A DNA stretch of 56,552 nucleotides, filler included, from Sluysia triapertura (lineage: Eukaryota), in the NCBI GenBank assembly GCA_046118255.1. It is 4 parts of 4 records of this genome, joined end to end, with 100 filler letters (N's around TTAATTAATTAA, not from the genome) between each part and the next. Parts side by side here need not be neighbours in the genome. Positions count along the whole stretch, not along the records: positions 1 to 11,943 come from JBJNIA010154493.1; positions 12,044 to 24,507 come from JBJNIA010106317.1; 2 more parts are not named here. One strand, written 5' to 3'. Shown in pieces: positions 1-12,260 of this stretch. Both the position numbers and the translations under genes were made by a program. Every line of letters begins with the position of its first letter. Position 1 is the stretch's first letter. The notes beneath the pieces were generated by a model. It saw only the letters and a list, made by a program, of their open reading frames with translations, was not told the origin of the DNA and did no database searches.

Positions 1-3000
1 TACATAGTGATAAAAATATTTACAATTTCAGATCCTAATGATTCAAGCTTATCAATAATTATAAAACGGAAATTAAAGTAATAAGAAAATAATAACTGCA
101 TTTCTTATAGTAATTTTCTCATTTCTTACATTTGTTCATGAAAGGCATAATAGATTAAATAATAAACAATCTTTGTTTATAGAAAAAGATAGATTTACAC
201 ATGGAAGAAAATATTTTTAATTAATTATAAAGCAGTTATTAAATCAGTTCACTATTTTTATAGATAATTATAAAATTAAAAAAATTGGTTTATCAAGCTT
301 ATGAGGCGCATAATCATAACAGAATATTAATTTGTCTAAATATGTGCTATTTTTTAAATATGTAGCATCAATTATTTGATATTCCTCATTGTTATTGGTA
401 CATTTATGATTGACAAATTTTTAAGACAAATTTAGTACTGATATAAAACTTTAGTTTTGTAGAAAAATAACTATTCTTTTATTTGTTTCTAGAATTTACA
501 GAAATTCTAATATGTTTTGGTTATTTCCTTATCGTTTCACAAAGATTATACTCTTTTATAAATCCATAAAGGTATTGTTACAGCACTGAACATTAACTTA
601 ATAAATTAATTTTTCACATTTCGTTAAAAAATAATCGAGAAAATTTGATAATTAGTTGATAGTTATAGTGGTTAGTACGGAGGTTGATTGAACTTCACGA
701 TGGTTAATTTAGAAACTGGGTTTAATAATATTTAATAAAATAATAAGAACCATTCTATTAACAAATAATGGCTATTTCATAGATGTACATATTTTATACA
801 TATTTTACATTTCTTTATGGTTCTTATAAAAGTTCTTAGTACTTCAGTAAACAGTACGCCTATTATCGAACAATCCACAAAGATTTTTAACTAATGAGTT
901 AAATATTAATAATAATTAAAATAGTTAAAATATTTTAATTTTTAAATAAAAATCAATAAGTAAATAAATAAATAAGTAAACCATTTTAAAAACTTAATAT
1001 TCAATAAGCTTTTTCATCAGTATTATATTGATCAAAACAATAATGTCAATAAATTGATCAAAGGTTTTTGCATTAGTTTATAAAACAATTAAATGTTAGT
1101 ATGGCTCCTAAAAACAATTTCGTTTTTAAATACATACATATTATAATTTATATATGCATAAGTTTAATTGACTGAGAAAAATATTTCATTAAAATTATAT
1201 TTTAATGACGAAAATTAGCCAAACAAGACGTCATGAAATTATCATTATTATTATCTAGAAGTGTAACTGAAATCATCAACAAACATATTTAAAATATAAT
1301 TTTAATACGACTAATTTCCTTCTAATCAATGATTATTGTAACTTATAAGTTCATCCCATGGATTCATAATAGTAACAGTCTTATGAGTTTTTCAAGTTAC
1401 ATAAACGAGAATGTTTCATGTTCAAGAAAATCTACTAGATTTATTCACAATTCATTCCAAAATTTAGCATCAGTTGTTTTATTTCATCTGTTCATATTTC
1501 CTAGACATTCTATATTTTGTTATGATAACTATATTATAATAACATAAAAATGGTATCATACGACCATAGTAGAACATTTAATTAAAATAGAGATGAGAAA
1601 AAGATATAAAATGGAATCGAAATATTTGACTGTCATATTATTCACAAATAATAACATTTGGTTAATTTAGGAAAATATAAACAATGTCTTTTATAGGTAA
1701 AATTATGTGTATATAGTTTTAACCAATAAAACTGTTATTAAAACGATCGAAACATAAATATTCATGTTAATAAAAAATAAATAAATATTTATGATAAAAT
1801 AATATAGTGCATTTCATTAATTTTTATTAATTAGTGATACATTTATTTACATTTTAATTAATTTTATTAATTTAATTTAATTTTTAAATGAACGATATCG
1901 TCAGAAACACTTCTTTAAATTTTATGATTATTTTAGTAATTGTAAGATTTCTTAAATTAAAACTACAATTTTTACGTTATTTAAGCCGAAATATTTATTT
2001 ATATTAAAGTTTTAATTTTAATTATTATTAAACAAATTTAATTATACTTAATCGATATAGCTTAAATTTTGATTGATAACGTCTTGTGCATCTTAAAATT
2101 ATGAAATATTTAAAGAAACATATAAATAATAGAATATTGTAACTAAAAGTAAGGTATAACTTTTTTTAATAAATGTACAATTATATTTTTTATTGAACTA
2201 AAATTCATTTTTATTTTATTTTTATTTTAATATTCAAATATTTAAAAAGTTGATAATATTAATGTGTAATATATTTAAATGTTTTATTTATGAAGCCTAA
2301 AATTATTATTATTATTGTTAATATGTACAAAATATTTTTATATTTTATTTATTTAAAAAATTATTATTGTAAAAGTGTATAAATATTTTTATATTTTGTT
2401 TTTAAATTATCATTTAAAAAATTATTATTCAAATTATATTAAAATTATTATTACTTTAAAAAAATAACACAAAGAGAAGCTTCGAGAAATTAAATTGTTT
2501 TATCAAATCAAAATTTTAAATATGTATACAAAAAATATAAAAAGGAAACATAAATAAAGAAAGATGTCATTATTTAAATGAAGAAGCCATTTGTTAAACA
2601 GATAAAGTTTAATCACTGTCGACATTTCTAGGTCCATTACGGTTAATTTGCATGTTCCACATTCCGACAATTCTCCAATTCATCTTTCAAGTTATTATGT
2701 AAATCCCGCACATTCGATTAGAGGGATAACACTTTCTAAGCATCAGTGGTACAATCTGTCAAGTCTAATTCGAACAATTTTATTAATTAAATTAGTAAGT
2801 TCGTTATATCTAGACTGAATACTCATTTTTGAGTTAAAATCTGCACGTAAAATATTAAATGTCACGGTTGGTCCTTAAGGCCAATCATAAAATCAATCTA
2901 AAATATAAATTCCCTGATCTTTAGTTGGCTAGACCTTTATTATAGTTCAATTTTTATCGTTAAAATTTGGATTTTGTCAGATATTAGTTCATAATAATAA

Positions 3001-3220
3001 TTTTAATATTGAATTTATAATATAAGTTTATATTTTTAAAACAATTTTAAAACAAATAAACTATTATAAGAGACACTCTAATTATAGTGCAAACTTGTTA
3101 GTTTCATAGAACGATTTCAAAAAATCTAGCAATTAGTATAATAATACTTAATAAAGAGTTAAAGTTAAAAGTGTAATATATTTTTAACTTTATTTTTTAC
3201 ATAAATTCAAATATTACTGG

Positions 3221-3402
3221 CGCTAGCTTTGGTCGTAATTATTTGTTAAGCGATTTTGCCCACTATTGTTAGGTTAAGGCAAAGAGTATTTTTATACAAT
3301 TAATCTTAATAATTCTTTTCACGTAATTTTACAGGTACGCCATTAGTAATTCATATACTGTGAACGGACTCGGAATAATAAATTATTTGCTGTAAAACCT
3401 AG

Positions 3403-3470
<68 letters not shown>
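3221..3470 (+). mobile_element. 3' end of a non-LTR retroelement-like repeat ending in an (ATT)n tail, copy 1
   Basis: Shares TTTTACAGGTA(C/G)GCCATTAGTAA..TATACTGT(G/A)AACGGACTCG with 11315-11530. Runs directly into (ATT)~22 at 3404-3470. Confidence 0.55.
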
Positions 3471-3471
<1 letters not shown>

Positions 3472-6239
3472 TGAAAGTAGAAACTTACTACCACTCATAA
3501 GTAAATATTAAACTGTTTATTTTTTATTAGCAGAAAATTATTTATTTTTTAATTATATGTTAAAACATTAAAATTATTAAATTCGATTTATTATCACTTA
3601 GTAATTTTATTACTATTTTAAATGGTAACTGCATTTATGTAATAAAAGTGTAATTAATTTAATTTTATTAAAAAATTAATGGTAAAATGAATGTTATGAA
3701 TGTACAAATATTTGTATTAATATAATATAATACTATAATAGTTTAATTACAACCAGTGGTCCTATTTGAGTAGTGTGATATCGCCAAAACTTAATAAATT
3801 ATTTAAATAATGATTGTATTTCGTAATTTAAGTAATATTAATAGTCAATTGTAAATTAAATTTTAGCTCATTTATGTGTATACATGTACATTAGTGTGTG
3901 TACATGTATAATGAAATTACATTACTATTTATTTGATAATACTATACTATTTATTTCAGGTATTACATTACCCGCTAATCTGTATTTCGATAAATATTTT
4001 GTTTTTGTGATAATTTATTTTAATTATAACATAATATTTAAAAAATTTTTAAATTAATATTTAATTCAAATTATAAATCGAAAACAATATGTTTGATGAA
4101 ATAAAAAATAATATAATTTTGTAGAAGGTATACTCAGTAAAATCGGTTAAACAATGTACATAAAATTTGCTTATAAGATTAAATGAAACGCGTTTTAAAA
4201 TAAGATCATCGATAAAGGTAAAATATTGCTTTTTTACTTATAACAGAATATGGAAAATGTTAATATTTTTGCTCAAAAATTCCGGATTTAGGATCCGGAT
4301 TGAGTTCCAATATTTGATCTACTATATTTTGTATTAAATCGATTATCTTCCATTTATCATTAAGGTCTCAACCAGCTCTAAACTAACAACTGTATTTATC
4401 TAATATAAACTTTATATTATGAAATTAAATATTAAAACAGCTAAGTAAAAAATATTTACTACAATATTTAAATTATTCAAATATATATTTAATTAGAATT
4501 TAAATATTTATATTCAATTAATTAAACAAAACTAATATATGAAATATTTTAAATGCTACTACTGCAACAATTATTTATTTATCTATTTTATTTAATTTCT
4601 AAATAAATTAATTTAATTAAATAATTAATGAATTAATATATAACAACGAAAAAAGAAAATGAATTTAATAAATAAGTGTAAGCTTGTACATTGATTATTA
4701 TTTCAAGTGTACAAACAATCAATAAAAATGTAAACGATAGCATCATTTCTATTTAATATTTGTTTTTTTGCATACATTTCTGTAGTTACTAAAAACGTAT
4801 TTCGTGCATAATTAAAGCCAAGAAAAAATAATTGTCTGTTAAGATATATTTTATTTATCATTTGGAAATAATTATAAATTTAATTAAAATATTACATAAA
4901 AAATTAAATAAATTATGAATATTTTCGGATGTTTCTTTAAATGAAACAAAAAAAACGATGAAATAAATTTGTCAAATTTATAAATTAAATATTATTTGTC
5001 CAAAGTAAAATGCTGTTACATTTTAATAGCAACTATTCAAACCTTAAATCTAAAAGACTAAATAATATTTTCGTATTACATACATTAATAAATTATTATT
5101 TTTAAAAATGTAAATAAAATATTAGAAAGTTAAATGTTCAAAAAAATATTATTATTAATGTTAGTTAATAAATATTAAATAAATGAAAATATTTTGTTCT
5201 GTTTCTTTTTTTAAATATATATAGATATTTAAAAAATAATTATTTTAGATAATTATACAGTATCTAAAGGCAATTTATTTTTTTGAATGTATAAATGTCT
5301 GAATAATTTCCATAACTAATTAAGAGTGCACTTGATGATTGTTAATAATTTTAAATACCATATTTTTCTTTGCACAGCCTGCACATACACAAAATATTAT
5401 ATAAGGAATTAGTAAGTGATGTACGATTTTTAGACATTAATTTGAGTCCGACTTTGAATTGAAGATATATAAAAATTATACTTCGGTCGGCTAAAGCCAA
5501 AGTAATAGAATAATTAGCAATTTAAATTAGTAATCAATAGAAATAAGTTTTTATATAAGAGATTCGTAAAGGTTAAAAACTAAATTAAAACATGTACTAT
5601 AAGAAATATGGTAAGATAATTATGAAGAAGTAATACGATGAACTCAATCCCAAAACATAATTACAATAAACAAATTCATAGACAAACTTCAACTAAACCT
5701 AACATAACCAATAAAAAATTTCTGTGGTTTTTCTAACTCTTAACCTACGGCAAAATAGTAAACGCCTTATGTCGTAAAAAGGGTGTTCCTATAACTATAT
5801 AAGCTAATATTTTATCTGAATATAAATGTTTTGTAGTTAGGGTCTTTAACAAATGCTCAAATGATGAAATTATAATAATTTATTCTACATATTTTAATAA
5901 TTAAATAAACGCAAAAATATCAACTTTATTCACTAAGCACAAAAAATCTTAGAGTGTTAATAATAATAATAAAAGAAAAGAGAATACAGTAATAAAAGTT
6001 ATTTTACAGATTAAAGCTCTGAGAGCAGTTAATCTATATCTAAAATAATTTGAGTGTATATTACCCCTCAATATATCGATGACTAAGGTTGAAATTGAAC
6101 TTAAAAATATTTACTTTTCCAATAAATGGAATGAATTTGAATAGCTGTGGTCCTATGTTTCAAGTTTTGAAATGACTAGAATTGTGTACAGTTACAAAAA
6201 TATCACAATTCCTCCAACAATGACGGTGCAAAATGGTAT

Positions 6240-6480
6240 TAAACGAAAAATGGTGGATTAACAAATTGACGATTCTCATTAAACTGATGCTAGTTTGTAT
6301 ACTAGTAATCAGCCAATGGGAATCGATGGAATGTTCTAGAACATAATATTTTTAGAAGCGAATTTTCTTTTTCGAAAAATAATTTTTTTGGAAAATAAGA
6401 TTTTAATTGATTTTAAAGTGTCATTATGACATTTTTAGTGATTTTATAGGGTTGTGATGAGAAAAAACAAAATCAACAAA
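6240..6480 (+). repeat. Dispersed repeat family with a CCAAT/TATA-like core (promoter sense on the minus strand), copy 1
   Basis: CTGATGCTAGTTT.TATACTA.T.ATCAGCCAATG..AATCGATGGAATGTTCTAGA is found reverse-complemented at ~37955-38015. A short copy lies at 24270-24301. Confidence 0.75.
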
Positions 6481-7069
6481 TTATATATAAAAATCGGAAA
6501 CATACAACTCAGAATTCAGCAATAATAACAATGATAACAATACTTCCATAACGTTTTCATTTAATTACAATATAAAATTTAATATTATTATTATAATTTA
6601 AAACTTTATTATTGTCTACTTATTATTCTTCCATTTTTGTTATTTTCCAATATTATTACTTCCAGTTGTTATATATTGATTGTTATAGCAGCTTTATAGT
6701 TCATGTTGATATTGGGTTTTTAATATGTTTCATTTTCCCAAATTTTAATTACAACCACCAATAGCAACATTGATTTTATATTTGTATATGTTATAAATTT
6801 GTACATTGATTATTCTGTGTTAATAACTATTTATTATTGATAATAACTGTCTATATTTGTTAGTTATTGATTTGCACATTTTATTATTGGAATTGTTTTC
6901 AAATTTAAAAAAAAGGATTAATTAAATATTTTTAAGGTTATTTTTTACTTATTTAAATTTATTATTAAATTTATAAAACTGTAAATTATAAATAATAAAT
7001 TATAAATTACAAAAAACTGTAAACTATAAGTAAAATTTAAAATTTTTCATAAATAAATATTAGTTTTGT

Positions 7070-7685
7070 TTTAGTCTGACGAAAAGTTTAACTAGCCGAC
7101 GATTTAGAATATTATCTTTTATTTCGATTGTACAGTTAGTTTATTTTTTATAAGATTGGGCATCAATTAGATATCATCCGTAAAATCTTACGCAAAATCT
7201 TTTTAAATTATATATAGATTCAAAGGTAAAAACTAATTTAAAATTTAACAAATTAGAAGAATTGTTTCTTGACTAATTATCCACGTAACCTGTATATAAT
7301 TATAACTATAATTGTTGTACATTTTTTAATAATATATTACTAATTTAAATTTTTCTTTGTTATCTAACTTTTATAACTATAAAATAAATTAAAGTCATAA
7401 ACACTAGTCAGAGAATGTTTGGTTAGAATATAATTCCGCAACATTATTATTCTGATCCTATTTCATAGGATCCAACGTAAAATCCCATATAAACTTTTAA
7501 ATAACTTATAATTAATATAATAATTAAATCAATTAGTCTAAATAACTTGTAATTATTAATAGTTGAGTCAATTAGCTTATACTTAAGACATCTAGCAAGC
7601 TTTCTTAACCCCCATTACTTTTATCTTACCAAATCCAACGGCTGGCCCTCGCTGGTAAGTCCAGTGCGTTGGTGAACTCACAGCT
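7070..7685 (-). repeat. Dispersed ~600-bp repeat with a conserved 55-nt GC-rich hairpin head, copy 1
   Basis: The reverse complement of 7630-7681 (GTGAGTTCACCAACGCACTGGACTTACCAGCGAGGGCCAGCCGTTGGATTT) matches 20317-20367 and 38162-38212. Patchy similarity continues downstream. Confidence 0.7.
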
Positions 7686-9751
7686 TTAAATTAACCTTTA
7701 TTCTAACTTTCTCACAATTATTATATATTCGTTAATATGAAATTTATCTATAATTTACAACACCTCTTGAAAAAGGTTGTTCAAAATTAAATAATGATTT
7801 TTAGTAAGATGTTACAATCTTAAATTAAAAAGACTACACTTAAATAAATTAAACTAGCGAATTAAGAATAGAAACAGAGCGATAAAGAAAATCCTTAATG
7901 TGGCAGAAATCCAATGGTGATGTATAGTATGAATTAGTTCCAACGAGAGAGTATGGATTGGTTCCAAGTAACAAAATCTTTCCACCAAAAAACTTCAATA
8001 ACGTCTAAACCATTAACATTATTGTGGGTTTTTTGCATATTTTAAGCATATATATATATATATATATTAACATTCTAGTAACCTAGAAAACTGATATAGA
8101 TGAAGAATTAAGATTATTTTATTTTTTTAGTTTTAAAATTTTATTTTCGATTATAATAATATTTAATAATTTCGGTTATAATAATAATAATAATACCGAA
8201 TCGATAATAATAATAATCAATAATACTTAATGCCATTTATATTATTTTAAAATTGTATTAATATATTTAACATAAAATCGATAATACATATACAATAAAT
8301 AAAATCTATTATTATTTACACAATACAACTAATAATAATAATCAATAATACTTAAAATTTATTTTTAGATGTTTATAAAATCTATTTTTAGCTATCTTTT
8401 TATGTTTACATAGAATAATTTGTATTGTCGTTGTTGTAAAGAATATCTTTTATCTTTTAGTTGTAATTTTGTGATAATTCAAAGAATATATCGAGATTCT
8501 GAATTTGTTTAATTATTGAGTTTTTAAATGATAATTTGTAAAACAAAAAAATTATAAAATACAACAAATTATTGTCACGAAAAAAAGACGTCATACTTAA
8601 ACTAGTCGAAAAATTTATAAAATTTAAGTAGAATCTTAATTCTTCCTTTAAAGAATAAAAACATAAAAACTACTTCAAACATAGAAAGTCTAGGTAATGT
8701 AGACATTTGTTTCTTCGATTTCCTCGATAAATATACTTTTCAATATACAATAATTACATTTTAAATAGCTCGATATGTAAGTACTCTTTGTATTTTGAAT
8801 TGTTTTATTAAAGTGTCCTTAAATATTTTTTTCTAAAAATTAATTTGAAAAAACAAAAATTATTTACTACGTACAATTATTAATAAATCAAACAAAAGTT
8901 ATTTACGCATAATTGAATTGTTAAAAATAAGTCATAAAACTGTTAGAATTAAATTACTTTTTGATAAACATAAAAATAAAAATTTTATTATTCTAGTTAT
9001 GAAATTTATTATGTATACGATCTAATTATCACAATTTTTATTACAAATTTATATATTAATTAATTAAATATATATTAATTAAATTAATTAAGTATTTATT
9101 AATTAAATATGATGGAAATGTTGTTTCATTATCGGATGCTTAAAGTTTTAAACAATTTTAGTTTTTGAGCAATTTAAACTTAAATCCAAGATTCCGAAGG
9201 TAATGTATTATGCAAAAAATTGTTTATAAAAATCATGAGATCCGTAATGTGTTAAAGTAAACATAACAAATTGTTTTAAATTTTCATAATTTTGTTGTAA
9301 TTGTACAACTATTAATAGTGCAAGTAAAGAATTGGATAAATTCATAATGACTTGATGTAAAATATTATTTCAAGGTTGTTCGTGAAGACTCCAACATCTG
9401 AAATTGTTTCGTAATCGACATTATTAAAGAAACCTTCGAGCATTTTGAAATCCTGTCATTCCTCATCGGTTCATTAAAAAAGTTAAGTTCAAGGCACCAC
9501 ATAAGTCTGACATTACAAGACATTACCCACGAAACAATTACAATAATTATCCAAAGCTATTTTCAATTGAATTGAATTTTCGAAAGAGCGGAAAATTAAA
9601 TAATTTATATTAAGCTGTCTGGTACCTTAATGTGTATACAACGAAAACTACTCGTTGATAATAATCAACGGATTCAAAACACCCTACATTATTCATTTAA
9701 AATGTAAAAGTTTTATTTCATTCAAATACAATTAACGAAATATTAATATAT

Positions 9752-10564
9752 TCAATTCTTCAAACAGGACAATAAACCTGAACTGTTAATCAATTCATTC
9801 ATTGCATTTGGATTTATTTTCGATTTTAAACCATTATTACTATTCACATTTATCTTATTACTACTCTTATTTTTAGCAGTAGCATTTGTTTTAGATTTGA
9901 TAGGTGCAACATTATTAATATTATTTGATTTTGGTTTTTTATGCTTCAAAATTTCACCACCAATACTTTTTGTTTTATTACTTTTCACTTTTCCATCATT
10001 TCGCTTAAACTTTTTTCGAGGCACTTCATTATTGCCTTCTTCGGCTTTTTGTAATTTGCGTTCCTGTTTTATTAATAAAGTTTTCTCGCGAACTTTACGA
10101 ACTGATTTGTCTCTAAATTACAAAATTAACATTTATTTTACTATTCAAAGTTTCAGTTTGTATGTTTAACAATAATTATTTTGAAAATAATTTAATATTG
10201 TTTAGTATTCTTGCTATTATTGGTAAATATTATTATTACAGAAAAATCCGATCATCGGAAATGGCACGATACAAACATAAAAATGAGTATTAAAAAAATA
10301 TCCATGTAAAAAAATTTACGAATGGAACGTATTTACGAATGGAACGTATTTTCGAATAACCAGAATAAACTGTAATTTTTTATCTTTTATCTTTTGTTAA
10401 AAATTCGCAAATTATAGTAAAACTCAAATAAACATACTTATATATAAGATCTTTCAGATTAATTTCCCTAGCTTGAAATGCACTAGTATCCATATGTGCG
10501 ATATCATTCATCTTTGGAATACGTAATAATCCAAAACTGTTCGCTAGTTGACCAATGTTTAATT
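9752..10564 (-). CDS. DDX55: ATP-dependent RNA helicase DDX55/Spb4, last two exons (10564-10438 and 10112-9752); upstream exons not found
   Basis: Canonical AG/GT sites with consistent phase. The spliced peptide ELNIGQLANSFGLLRIPKMNDI...INLKDLIYK|DKSVRKVREKTLL matches the DDX55 C-terminal motif (LDxxxLAxGFxLLRMPKMPEL...IPFKDKxREKQR), followed by a Lys-rich tail. Confidence 0.85.
10309..10356. repeat. 17-bp tandem duplication (TTTACGAATGGAACGTA) in the DDX55 intron
   Basis: Directly visible, about 2.5 copies. Confidence 0.8.
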
Positions 10565-10818
10565 CTAAAATCAATTTAAAGTATCATTAAAACAGAGTAA
10601 TGGCAAATAAGATACTTATGATTTAGTTGAAATTATATATACACATTATAATTATATTTGTTTTTTTGTTTAGAATAAAACATATATTACAATAGAGATG
10701 TTTTCATTTTGATTTTACAGCATTGAATATTTTTAACAGTTACTGGAACGGATTAACGACGTAAATTTTAAACCGATGATGATACTGCTGAAAAATATCA
10801 CACACTAAGAAGGGATTG

Positions 10819-10875
10819 TCAAGTATAATAGAGATAGTCAAGTATATAGAGATTATCAAGTATAATGGAGATACG
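10819..10875. repeat. ~19-bp tandem repeat TCAAGTATAATAGAGATA, three copies
   Basis: Directly visible. Confidence 0.8.
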
Positions 10876-11314
10876 GAATATCAAGCACAGAGCTGACACT
10901 CAAAGCGTCATAATTTTTGGAAGACTTTACAATTTAATCAAAATATTTAAAATATTTTATTATATAAATTCTTACATATGTCAATTAGACTGATATGGTT
11001 AAAGATGGATCATTGATCAAAGACCTTTGCGGAGTTTAATGTGTAATGGTAGATTCAATGATGACAATAAAATATCGTCGAGATGCATCATTAGAATATG
11101 TAAATAATACAGGGTTTTAACCCACATTTTGAATTTTTAAACATCAATTTTGAACAAAATCTCTTATGAATGTAAAGGTGTAAAAAATTTTATTGTACTT
11201 AATATTTTCAAAAATTGTAAAAAGATATTAACAATTATAAAAATAAAATTATTATTTAAATAATTATAAAAATTATAAATTATAAATTAAAAAGAATGTT
11301 CCAGAACAGGGAAG

Positions 11315-11530
11315 TGCTTTAACGAAGTCGACATAACCGACGATTTTTGTTTATTATTGTTTAAGTTAAGGTGATGAGCATTTTTTATACGATTATTCTT
11401 AAGAATTGTTTTACAGGTAGGCCATTAGTAAGTCGTATACTGTAAACGGACTCGAATAATAATTATTTATTTTTCTGCTAGTTATTAAGAAAATACCCAG
11501 CATGAATAATAAGTTTTATTATTATTACGA
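11315..11530 (+). mobile_element. 3' end of a non-LTR retroelement-like repeat, copy 2
   Basis: Homologous to 3221-3470 and ends in a short (ATT)n. Confidence 0.5.
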
Positions 11531-11943
11531 TTTTAACCCTTTAATTAATGTTCAGCGAATGATTTTTGTTTTCCGAATCCACCATGTTGATACAGGAATT
11601 AATGGATGAAACGTCGAAGTAAGTTAATTTCAAATTGCTCTTCGATATGTTCGCTGTATGAAGTAGTTGATCTAAGAATTTTGCATGCATCGAGTTTTAA
11701 AGCGAAAGCTCACAAACGATTTCCATTGTAGGAGTCCGTGAATATAGCTTGTTTAAATGGTTAGACAAAGGATGTTCAAAAGCACGATACAATTTGTCAT
11801 ACAGAATTTTAAAATTGATGCTATATTGGTGACGATTATGTTACCGTTTTATGCGAAATTTTTACACCTTAAAATATCAAAAAAACTTAAAATATTATCG
11901 CATCCTATGTAAAAATTTAAAATAAAATCAGAATTCTAGAGTA

Positions 11944-12043
11944 NNNNNNNNNNNNNNNNNNNNNNNNNNNNNNNNNNNNNNNNNNNNTTAATTAATTAAN
12001 NNNNNNNNNNNNNNNNNNNNNNNNNNNNNNNNNNNNNNNNNNN
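11944..12043. other. Assembly gap linker (N44-TTAATTAATTAA-N44)
   Basis: 100-bp N run with a six-frame stop insert, identical to the other two gaps. Confidence 0.98.
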
Positions 12044-12120
12044 TGGCAACCAATGTAATTCTTTGAGATAGGGTGTTATATGAGATCTTCTTCCAACTTG
12101 GAGAATTAATCTTGCTGCTT
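12044..12120 (-). mobile_element. L2/CR1-group LINE ORF2 fragment in inverted orientation
   Basis: Translates to AARLILQVGRRSHITPYLKELHWLP, the typical post-RT motif of L2/Crack ORF2. Confidence 0.85.
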
Positions 12121-12260
12121 AATATATAAACAATGTTAAAGAGAATGTCAAATTACTGGAAGATTATGAAATATTTAAAACGACAAAGTTCTTTTAATAT
12201 CAAAAATATTAAAATGAATGTTATGTTCTAAACGTCATATAAATTAAAAAATTATTATTG
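12121..12260 (+). mobile_element. L2-type LINE extreme 3' end (degenerate)
   Basis: AGAATGTCAAATTACTGGAAGATTATGAAATATTTAA is nearly identical to 35472-35508 (NVKLLEDYEIFK). Confidence 0.7.

Noticed and set aside
662-715. tRNA gene (TAGTGGTTAGTAC D-arm-like)
   Set aside because: No acceptor stem or T arm.
5700-6050. Possible LINE ORF1 remnant (YKCFVVRVFNKCSNDEII)
   Set aside because: A single weak motif with many stops.
7639-7656. HDV-like ribozyme (GGCTGGCCCTCGCTGG)
   Set aside because: The nested pseudoknot cannot be built and the motif is not kept in the other two copies.
11988-11999. TTAATTAATTAA palindrome repeated three times in the window
   Set aside because: It is always centred in a 100-bp N run, so it is an artificial six-frame-stop linker.
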